Below are positions 24,501 through 36,500 of a stretch of DNA of 64,000 nucleotides, in pieces. Below the pieces are notes generated by a model. That model was not told where the DNA came from, searched no databases, and saw nothing but the letters and a program-made list of their open reading frames with translations. The stretch comes from Phoronis australis (taxonomy: Eukaryota; Animalia; Phoronida): contig NMRA01000123.1 of assembly GCA_002633005.1 (NCBI GenBank), positions 708,656-772,655 of the forward strand, read 5' to 3'. The number at the start of each line of letters is the position of its first letter. The first letter of the stretch is position 1. The translations under genes were made by a program, and so were the position numbers.

Positions 24501-27500
24501 ACAGCGTTTTTGAGGCATAACGTAAAGTTTTCAAACGTTTAAAGAAGTTTTAGTAAAATTACCTGAGAGATTATTTTGCTATGAATGTACCTATCTTGCA
24601 CATAAAAATTTGACTTAAGAACGTGGTCAGGTGACAAACACAATTTTCTGAAAGAAGAAAGATCGAGGATTCTATATGATTCTTGTGTATTTTTAATGGT
24701 TTACAAAGTATAGATTTTTCAATTTTTAACTTAGAGTTGAGGTCAGTTATTAAGGTCCTAGACAACCTTAAATTCCACACAAGCCCACCTCTAGTCCCCT
24801 AGCACTCACTGCATCTAACTTCTCCTTGGCCTTGGCCTGTTCCTCCAGATATGTGTTGACATCACCCAGCTTCCTGTTGAGTTCCTGGCGGGCGCTGGCC
24901 TCCATACCCTGTTGTAGTCTCTGCAGTTCACTACGCTCAATGTAGTTGTTGTTGACATGGGCCTACACAGGACATCAGTGAAAATTGAACTTGTCTAATG
25001 GTTTATCTAAAAGTACGACTGGGCGGACATAACTAGCTTTTTAGTATTAGGCATGGGGAGTCAAGATACGCACACCCTACACCCATCAGTGCATTGACTA
25101 TATTTACCCTGCAGGATGAGTGGACAAAAAATTGAATAAACGAAGGAGCCTCCGACGTTCTAAAACCCTTTTCATGTTGACATGGGTACATTCAGTCATG
25201 CAAATATGATTAACAGCCAACGTATGGTAACATGACAAGCGTTTTCTGTTAACAGAAGACAGGTCAGACAATACCAAAATGAATAGCCGAAAAAGTTCTC
25301 TCCTTTTTGCTACAAAATAAAACATGCACAACTCTGCACCCACTACATACTGTCATACAATAAGTGTTACATCAGATTGTTGACTGGGTCAACGGAAAAA
25401 TCATATTCAGACACTTTCACAGTACTTGAATGGATATTACACAATCGTTATTCGTACAAGCCAAACTAGTAGCAATTAGACAACCTGACACCGTCTCATC
25501 ACCAAACGACATGTTCACTAGAGCCAAACACATTCTCTGACCTTATAAGAGGACAGGTCATCCTCCAGTCGACGCTTAGCCTTCTCCATCTTGTTGAACG
25601 TCTTCTCGAGGTTTCTCAGAGTCCCAACCTCCATCTTCAGTGATTGGTTCTCGGCCTGCAGCCGTTCACTCTTGTCCAACTCAGACTCCAACTGACCGCG
25701 CACCTCGTCCAGCTACAAGTGGACAACACACACTGGTGAATCCTACGGTTCAATGTTGTGATGTTTTCAAGCCAGGAACCATATAACAATGGGAATCCAG
25801 ATCCAAAAAGCAGTAACAATAACCAATTGGTTTTTAAGTAACCACTTTTTCAAGACGCTCCATTACAATTAAAGTCATGCACATAAGAATCGAAGTATGC
25901 ACATGTCATAAAACTAGCTGATTACCAACTGCTCTCAAAGCTTTCTTCTCCATTAAGATTGGGATCAAATTCAAAATGCAGGTGTCTGGCACAAGATTCT
26001 GATCTCTTCCATATCCCGTCACATTCAGCCAGCTCCCATGTCACTTGACTACTAACATACCCACGTTCAGGGCTAATCTCTTCTTCCTGTACTGAAAACA
26101 GTAGAAAGTCGTGATATTCATTCCTTCCCCTCACCCCATGATCCGCCCACCCTGCACACATACCTGTCTCCTGAGCGCCGACATAGACCCGTCCAAGGCC
26201 ATTCTTTCCCTGTCAAACTCGGAGTACAGTTGGTTGACACGAGATTCATTTCCACCCACTTCCTTTAATCTCTTCTTGGCCGCCTTCAAGTGAGCCTTGA
26301 GTGCCGCCACTTCACTACTCAGGGCATTTTTACTAAAAACAATTGAGCAAGCACATTCAGTAATCGAAGCATAAGCGTGGAACTTTTACAAACACATCAG
26401 TGCTAAATAGCCACACGAACATGCACACACACGCACTCACGGCATGTGATGTATATCTCGCCCAATTAGCACAACAGGCAATCATGTGCCGCCACAACAA
26501 GAAAAAAAGTATGAGTTAGAGATGTTGGTTTATCTGGATGTTTTATTGTCACATAAACTAACTTTATCCTAATTTAGAAGACAACCAAGCAATTCCACCA
26601 CAAAGAACTGACAAGAAACTCCAAATCTGTTAAAAATTTTGATGAACCCAGCAAAGATCATTAAATGGCTGTCCCATAAACTTGCCAGTTGGTTCTTTTT
26701 CTCTTCAAACAGTTTTAACGAGGGTTGCCTTATCGCTGCTAAGTACAACCTTCCATGAGCATCCTAGATATATTCACTCCCTCTTACACACTGCAAGCCA
26801 CGGCTAGGCACAAAAAGGCATAAGACAACTCGCCCAATGTTCACAGTTGGCCAACAAATACCGTACTCAAACCCTTGGCCTCGTGAGAGCTGACAATCCA
26901 AATAACAGGACATAAACAAAACAAAATAAATGTGGTATAAATCTACACATGATCACCTGTTGATTGCGTCCTCAAGCTTGGTCTCTGCTGTTCTCTTCAT
27001 TTCCATAGCACGCCGTGCCTTGCGCCTCTCAGACTCCAGCTCCGATCCAGCCTCATTCCTCGCCCGCTCTAACTGGGCAAGCTTAAGAAACAAGTGAACA
27101 CAAATAGCTATGAGAGGAGAGCTTGCTATGACATGGTTTACACTCAATCACGTTTTTAATGCAACACAATGTGACATAGTGTATGATAATATCATCCACA
27201 GATATCTATTATGTGCCCCTAAACATGTCGGACAAAATTATTCAATTAACCAACTTTGGCGATTCAGTGGAGTAATAACTCAGGCTACCAAAATATGAAT
27301 TTTTAAAACAACAAAACCTACTCTCAGTCCCAGTTTTGACCTTGCCTTGATCTCCAAGTCGTACGCCTCTTTATTCTCATCAGCTTCCTGAGCATAAAAT
27401 GTGCGGTTCACTGTCTCAGCCTGAAAAGACATTGAAAAGTGACTGTTCATTCAATGATAATTCTACTTACCAGTTTTCTTATAATGATACAATGAAATTT

Positions 27501-30500
27501 AATTAATAATCACAATGTCGTGTCTTAGACTAATAACACCACCACCATTCCATTTTTCACAATTTTGTTACTAGAGAAACACGTTAAACACATTAAAATA
27601 TGCAAAAGACATTAATTCATACACGCATCCACATATGGTTGTCAACCAGTAGTAATTACACAGGACTCGTAAAAGCCATAAATTTCTCCCATTTTCGAAG
27701 AAAGTTTTTTATATACATCTTCACAACACTGTGGGCTTGAATTAACACATAAAAAACTTTGATGTGAACCTTATATACACTTATACAGTATCACAACATT
27801 TTTATTCACAAACTGCTTCCAAACAAGTCAACATTCCGAAATAGTTGAAATGGTGGCAAACTGAGAATGTGCATCATATCATTATCATTAGTTTTATGAT
27901 CACCATGGAAATCCTGACCTTACTGACTGTTCTCAAAATCTCAATAAAAACGTCTTCCCAAAGCAAAACAGCGATGTTGTGAACAATAATGTACCTCTGG
28001 TGCATATCACTTACCCCTAGTAACAATAATGCACCTCTGATGCACATCACTTACCCCTAGTAACAATAATGTACCTCTGATGCACATCACTTACCCCTAG
28101 TAACAATAATGTACCTCTGATGCACATCACTTACCCCTAGTAACAATAATGTACCTCTGATGCATATCACTTACCCTTAGTAACAATAATGTACCTCTGA
28201 TGCACACCACTTACCCCTAGTAACAATAATGTACCTCTGATGCACATCACTTACCCTTAGTAACAACAATGAACCTCTGATGCACATCACTTACCCCTAG
28301 TCTCTCCTCTAACCTGTTCTGTGAACCTTTGAGATCTTTAACAATCAGTTCTAAGTTAGCTTGTACCTACAAAACAAATTCAATTTTCAAAGAACACCAA
28401 TGATTTCACTGGCCAAAAGTATTGTAAGGGCAAATATATATTGCACACTAGAACACTACGTAGAATCAAAGTTTGTTTCCTAGCTTGTTTAAGTAGGGTT
28501 TCTGCAAAACACTCTGGTCAAATAAATGACAAATAGCCTGATTCATCCACTGACCCTAATGCGTCCAATCGTATAAAAGACATTCAAGAAAAACTGGTTT
28601 TGGATGCCACAAAGAGAACAATGAGTATAAGGCAAGCAATCATAGCTATACATGAACAAACTAGAGAGTGGGTCATGACATAATCAGGGCCCACATAACA
28701 TCCGAATCACTAAATCTCCCCCCTTACCCTGTGAGCGTCGTCCAGCTCCCTGTTCAGTGACTCCACCTTCTGTGTCTCGCTCTTCAGCGCCGCCTCCACC
28801 TTGGTCTTGTCAATCTCAAGCTTGTGACATGCCTCCTCTAACTCACTCTGAAAGTTCACACCAGAGGGCGGTAAGTTGGACAAGCTGCCCAGTTGCCAGT
28901 GACCATATTATGGGATTGAAAAAAACGACGATGCACAGTATTAACCTACAGGAACCACTACATATACTTGACTGAGTAACAGCATGACATAAGACACTCT
29001 AAATAACAGTAATTCAGTATTTCCAAAGACAGATACAGTTAGAATGGAAAATGATATTGAACATGCGGTGAACAAAGAGACGGGGAAGGTTGTGGATGAC
29101 GGCCGACATGGCGGATCAACTGTTAGTAAAATGATACCAGCTCAAACCTTATAGACCCCCCGCCCATGTTAAATTGTCACATGCACACAGTAAAGGGTTT
29201 TATCGTTGCAAGGTTTTTTGAATAACTATAGTATGCAGACCAGTTTTAAAAACATACTAGTTAGAATGAATACCATGCTAACTTGCATTCACATGCAAAG
29301 TACTACATGTTAAGAGAAAAACGTTCATGCTGGAACAACCAAGGCACACAATGCCAGGCACTGAGGAACATGAGAGCCATACATGTATGCAAACTGACAC
29401 AGTGAACATAGTTGCACGGGTTGAAGTCGGTGAATAGACAAAAACAGGGCACATTACCTGACGTCTCATAATCTACGGGACAGAAGAAAAGGCAAGACTT
29501 ACTGTACAAAACACAACAAGACAAGATCTAATTCAACATGATGACAAGATAATGAACAGTGAAGATGACAAGAACCTCCTACTCAGTTGACAGTGTGCCA
29601 GACATTGATTGAAAGCATTATGGAAAGACATGTCAAGGTTGTAAGTGGCAGATACCCACTTCACTCAGTTACAAATGTTGAATCACCTACCTTCACACCA
29701 TCTTACTATTATGGCTCAATTCTATTCTGCCTACAAACTCATTGACACAGTGTTGAGTAAAAGATAGAAGGCAAAATGCCACATCTCTTTAGCCTCAGTT
29801 GTTTGACCCACCTATAGGTACCCATAAATACATTGTATGATATCACATCAGTAGCTGCGAGACCGCCTGCCCTCAGTCCTGCACCCCTCAATACAACAAC
29901 CTGGCCCTCATCCCACAGCCCACCCACAGCCTTCACCCTTCACTCACCATCGACTTCTCATAACCCGTAGCCTGCTGTGAGACCACTTGCCCCCTGTCCC
30001 GTGCCTCCTGAGCCTCTCTCTGTGCCCTCTCCAACTGCAGGGTCAGTTCCCTGATCCTGCCCTCACTCGCCCCCTGTTTCTCCTGCAGGCCCCTCAACTG
30101 CTGCACTCCTTTTTCTGCCTCCAGCTGTAGTGATGCCTTCTCACGCTCAAACTGCTCTTTGGTCTGCAAATAAATACATTAGATAAACAGTCAATTAGGG
30201 CTTAATTGGGCAAGTTTACATTACTCATGGAGACATAGCATGGCATATCGGAGTTTGTGCACAATTTAAAGTGAAAACAAATAACTCCCAATTGCATAAG
30301 GTGACAAACTCGCTAGGCCCACTTCTGATGCAACTATGAGTGAACGAAAAAACAATACAAGGAAAATACATTTGAGCAGGGAAAGAAAAAATGTGCCTCA
30401 CTGTACAGCATTTTAAAAGTAGCCATGTCACATTGAAAATAGGCAAGCATAAAAGTCACACTAATCACTCTATAATTATGTCATCGTCTAACATCAAATA

Positions 30501-33500
30501 ATGACCTTATTGCACACCTCGGCAGATATCACCTCACCCACCTTGTAGGGAGCCTCCTCAACAGAGAAGAGCCTATTACGCAACGTACAAATACCGCACC
30601 TTCCAAGAACAACTCACCCTATTGTAGACTTCTAGTGAGGCCTCGGCAGAGCTCAGCCTCTTCTGTGCCTCTCCAAGCTGCTGGGTTACATGTCTCAGCT
30701 CCTGCTCCAGTGACTGACGCTGCGCCTGTGCCGTGCGCATGTCCTCGTTAGCGCGGCTCAACGTCTCCCGTAGGTGGTTGTTCTTCTCCTGCAGACTGAT
30801 CACATTCTGTGGCAGGAGAGTGAAAGGTAGACATTAAGCAAGTATTACATTAAGAGTTGTGCTGTGGGAAATCTCTAGTGTTTGGGATCAAAACAGACAG
30901 AGCTACCAAAACATGTTTTCCACTTGATCTCATTTACTGATTGTTTTCTCTTGGCTACAAGGCATTGTAAAAGCAAACTGCAAAATAACTTGCTCTAATA
31001 AGATAGGATAAAATATGAAAAGCTAGAATTGAATTCTGAAGGACATTGAAGCCAATGCAAAATGTACATAATTATTCCATGCATTACCATGCCATCTAAG
31101 TTTACTCTCCTTAACCATCTTTAAAAACTCTGATGTACGGCTGTACTAATTCCGATAAAAATAGGTGACACTGACTAATAAAAAACATCCATTCCACATA
31201 CTCTGTCATCACTGCTCTTCAACGAGGCCATCAGAGAGGACATCTGGTCTCTGGCGCCAAATGAGTCACGGTCGCGGTACTCTCGGTCTTTGTGGGCATT
31301 CTCTAGTTTTTGTTTCAAGGTCAACGACTCGTGCTGCAGACCCTGAAGCCTGGTGGAATAAAAATACAATAAAGCAACCAGACAGATTTAACAACTTTAC
31401 TACACTAACAGCCTTTCTTATCACCAGACAGTAGAAACGGGCCTCACATAAGCATTCAAAAGTGCTTCCCTAAAGTTTGTAACGGGGAAATCAAAATGCA
31501 ATAGGTGGCGCCAGTGTAACAAGAGTCTATAATACTGTGAATGGTTTCTCGCACATTTTGGTTCCCACACTTCTGACTAATGAATTGGGACAGCACAAAC
31601 TGAATGACTGAGTGATTATTTCTTAACAGAAGTTTGACTGGTTATTCAGTGATAGCGGCACCCAGTGATTGGCCCAATAGCTCCACCAATCCACACTCAC
31701 TTGTCTTGCATCACTTCCACCTTGGTCTGTAACTTGGTGTTCTTTTCCTTCTCTGCGCGCAAGTCTCTGTCCATCGTCTCTGCCACCGACTTCTTCTGAT
31801 CTAGCTCCCTCTGTTGGTTGCTATACTGAGTCGTCCTCTCAATCAGAGCCGTGTTAGCCACATGATACTGAAATCAACCACAATTTAGAGGACTAGTCTT
31901 GAATAAAAAGGTAATCTCGAGAAGTTCAGCAGATGAGCTAGGCTGTTTTCCTCAGGAGAGTGGTCTGAAAACCTTTGTAGTGTGACACAAAGAAATGCAC
32001 GGTGACTTAAAAAATGAACCCACAAAACTTTGTAAAAATTACAATTTTTTGAAAGATCAAAAATGACAGTCGCAAATTGACTGGCATCATTAAAACTTTG
32101 TGGTATGACCATCCACAGATATAAATTTAAATTCTACCAAATTTTGGAAAAGAAAGTGATTGATATTCATCGTCATCTAAGCTGCTGTACAACTATAACA
32201 ATATCTTCAGTACATATCTCTCGATGATCAACGAGACAATTTCATTACTCTTCGTAAGTCATACAGCAGTAATGGACTGATCTTGTACGCTTTCCATTAC
32301 TTTCCAGCAACCTGTCAACCTCACAAAAATAATGGAAGCACTGAAAAATGCCAAGCTCAGGAATAAAGTAGTTTTATGCAAGTCACACCTTAAGCTTGAA
32401 TACAGAAAACATAACACCAAGCATTAGAAATGACATGTCTAATCAATTGGACTTTCATGTCAAAGTTACACACAGAACATGTTCTTACCTCATTCTCAAG
32501 AGAATTCACTTTGGCCTCGGCTGCTCCTAGCCTTTGAGCCAAGCTCTGTAACGTAATATTTATGACTTCATGATGACTTAGATCACAATCATGAATCTCA
32601 ACAAAAAATAAAACAGCTCCTTTATAAAATTCAAAGCACATCATGGAATTCTTGAGAATAATTTAGCAAACCTGACTCATTTTAAACAAAGATCAACAGA
32701 TGTGACAATAGCAGAACAATTATATTGTAAGCTGTCACGTGTGACACCAAACACACCTGGTTATGTCATCTCTGGCTTACATCCTTACTGGTGGGGTCTT
32801 AAAACATTACCCGACTTACCGTCTGCTTGAAATGGAAAAGCACGAGCAAAACTCAAGATAGCGTTACCTGGCTTGAATCCTTGAGCCTGCTAATCTCGTC
32901 GTCTTTCTTTTCCAAATTCCGTACGGAGTCCTCACGTTGTTTCTGCACCGTCCTGAAATTTGAAAACTGAAATAGTCACCAGTCACACAAACGGTACCAC
33001 AGCATTAAGAATTTACACTACGAATATCAATGAACCATGAACACCAATGAGCCATGAACACCAATGAGCCATGAACACCAATGAGCCATGAACACCAATG
33101 AGCCATGAAAAACAATGAGCCATGAACACCTATGAGCCATGAACACCAATGAGCCATGAACACCCATGAACAATGAACACCAGTGCAAACGTTGGTAATC
33201 GTAACTTGCAAGGTTCAGCATTCTCAGTGCTAGCTTTCACCACTTATCAACAGGCATCAACCTGGTTCTCAAAATGTGGGCATCAATCATGAACTATTGG
33301 CCCAACAGTTTATAAGATGCGCGGCACTATTACACTACTGGATGGCACGGGATAAAATAGCGAGAGGCATGCAACTGACTTCCTTGGAGTCTGGCAGGGT
33401 AAGAGATACAAGCTGCAGTGAGAGATTTACTGTGATGACAAAGGCAGTTAAGTGACGTGTAATATGTTTAGTGAGACCCGTAGTGAGGACGATAAGTCCT

Positions 33501-36500
33501 AAAAGCAATCAAAACACCAACAGTATAATAAACCATCATTTTTCTATGAAACAGAGGCATTAAAGGTCTGAATTTCTATACTTCAATTTCCAGTGTGAGC
33601 AAGAAACACAGCCAATTCAATAAAAGAACAACAATCAGTTCAACAAAAGAGCAGGAACTGATCACACAAAGGACCACCCTATGCCCATGTACCTCTCTAG
33701 TTCATTCCGGGCCTGGCTTGCCTTCTCCACTTCTGCCGTGGCCGCGGCCAGCCTCTTGCTGAGTGAATCCGTGTCTGCTTCCAGCTTCTCCTGGGCCGCA
33801 CGCATCTTCTCTACGTTCGCCACCAGGGCGGCGTTTTCGTTCTTGGCGGCGCTCAGTTGGATATTGTACTGTACTGTGGCATGAGCGAGAGCCTCCTCAT
33901 TGAGTTTCTGGGAGTGAAACGAGAAATGTGTTGAATAAAATGCCAATGGCCACATTTGCATAACAATGCTCGGTAGAGTTACTGTCAAAATGGTGAGCTT
34001 TCTGTTGAGGGCCACATTGTCTCCAAATCTGTCCACCTCTACAAAACCTGCTGACCAGGTATTGAGATTTTCTTTGTTTGAATATGCTAGTTCATTCACC
34101 TAATTAATAAGGAAGCTATTCGGAAGGTCAGAAGTGTATTGAATAGCATACATTGAAAATAACTTTTGTGAATTCTTACCGTTTCAAAAAAATACTACAC
34201 GTATCACTATAATTATTTTTGACAAGTTTGAACCTTCTCTCATGAAATTGATTGTGAAGCCTTGCGCAGTGTGTGTGTTCTCCAGTCAACACTGGGGTGA
34301 TCCAAGCACATTGCTTTGTTGGCCATTAGCTAAGTGAATGATAAAATTCATCGAAATGAAAATGCAATACACAGCATACTTGTTCTCGTTGATAGAATTT
34401 AAAGAACACCAGGTCTTCCAACTACCTAAAGCGGACTGACTTTGATGGTTAAGGCATAATCAACTTAACAGCCCTAGGGCTGTTCCAGTAAAATCTGTAT
34501 GGGAGGGGGGGAAGGCACCTTTTTTTCGCACCCACCACCCATATTTTTCATTTATTTCTTCAGCCTACCACCCGTAATTTTTTATAAGTTTGAAATGCAA
34601 CCACCCGTAATTTTTTTTGTTCTTGTGATTGACTGCACAGGCTCTTGAGTTTATCTGTTCCTCCATCACCACTAACGTCATTCATTACTAAGAAAACATA
34701 TGTTTCCTATATATGGTTATTAGCCATCAAGAAATTCGAGCACCTGTGGTTAAATGGTGTTATGGGCATGCCGATGAGNNNNNNNNNNNNNNNNNNNNNN
34801 NNNNNNNNNNNNNNNNNNNNNNNNNNNNNNNNNNNNNNNNNNNNNNNNNNNNNNNNNNNNNNNNNNNNNNNNNNNNNNNNNNNNNNNNNNNNNNNNNNNN
34901 NNNNNNNNNNNNNNNNNNNNNNNNNNNNNNNNNNNNNNNNNNNNNNNNNNNNNNNNNNNNNNNNNNNNNNNNNNNNNNNNNNNNNNNNNNNNNNNNNNNN
35001 NNNNNNNNNNNNNNNNNNNNNNNNNNNNNNNNNNNNNNNNNNNNNNNNNNNNNNNNNNNNNNNNNNNNNNNNNNNNNNNNNNNNNNNNNNNNNNNNNNNN
35101 NNNNNNNNNNNNNNNNNNNNNNNNNNNNNNNNNNNNNNNNNNNNNNNNNNNNNNNNNNNNNNNNNNNNNNNNNNNNNNNNNNNNNNNNNNNNNNNNNNNN
35201 NNNNNNNNNNNNNNNNNNNNNNNNNNNNNNAATTGTAACTTACAAGGTTCAGCATTCTGAGCGCTAGTTTTCACCACTTATCAACAGGCATCAACCTGGT
35301 TCTCTAAATGTGGGCCTCAATCATGAACTACTGGCCCAACAGTTTATAAGATGCGCGTCACTATTACACTACTGGATGGCACGGGATAAAATAGCGAGAG
35401 GCATGCAACTGACTTCCTTGGAGTCTGGCAGGGTAAGAGGCACAAGCTGCATTGAGAGATTTACTGTGATGACAAAGGTAGTGATGTGTAATATGTTTAG
35501 TGGGACCCGTAATGCAATCAAAACACCAACAGTATAATAAACCATCATTTTTCTATGAAACAGAGGCATTAAAGGTCTGAATTTCTATACTTCAATTTCC
35601 AGTGTGAGCAAGAAACACAGCTAATTCAATAAAAGAACAACAATCAGTTCAACAAAAGAGCAGGAACTGGTCACACAAAGGACCACCCTGTGCCCATGTA
35701 CCTCTCTAGTTCATTCCGGGCCTGGCTTGCCTTCTCCACTTCTGCCGTGGCCGCGGCCAGCCTCTTGCTGAGTGAATCCGTGTCTGCTTCCAGCTTCTCC
35801 TGGGCCGCACGCATCTTCTCCACATTCGCCACCAGGGCGGCGTTTTCGTTCTTGGCGGCACTCAGTTGGATATTGTACTGTACTGTGGCATGAGCGAGAG
35901 CCTCCTCATTGAGTTTCTGGGAGTGAAACAAGAAATGCGTTGAATAAAATGCTAAAGGCCACATCTGCATAACAATGCTCGGTAGAGTTACTGCTGCCTA
36001 GGTATTGAGATTTTCTTTGTTTGAATATGCTAATTCATTCACCTAATTAATATGGAAGCCATATGAAAGGTCAGAAGTGTATTGAATAGCATACATTGAA
36101 AATAACTTTTTTGAATTCTTCCAGTGTCAAAAAATACTACACGTATCACTATAATTATTTTTGACAGGTTTGAACCTTCTCTCATGAAATTCATTGTGAA
36201 GCCTTGTGCAGTGTGTGTGTTCTCCAGTCAACACTGGGGTGATCCAACCACATTGCTTGGTTGGCCATTTGCTAAGTGAATGATAAAATTCATTGAAACA
36301 AAAATGCAATACACAGAGTACTTGTTCTCGTTGATAGAATTTAAAGAACACCAGGTCTTCCAACTACCTAAAGCGGACTGACTTTGATGGTTAAGGCATA
36401 ATCAACAGCCGCAGTGAATATATCACCGACCCAGCAACTATTTAATGAGCCTTAAATTTTGTATTAGATAATCTATGGGCTAAGCTCTAGGCTGCTCACT

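Larger units (their letters stand above)
33197..36410. repeat. ~1.2-kb direct duplication (33197-34473 vs 35231-36410) spanning an assembly gap
   Basis: Colinear, highly similar blocks with scattered SNPs and indels, each containing the same exon. Confidence 0.92.

Noticed and set aside
27981-28300. CRISPR-like regular array (also the arrays at 23.3 and 40.2 kb)
   Set aside because: Units are contiguous with no unique spacers, there are no cas genes, and the context is a eukaryotic intron.
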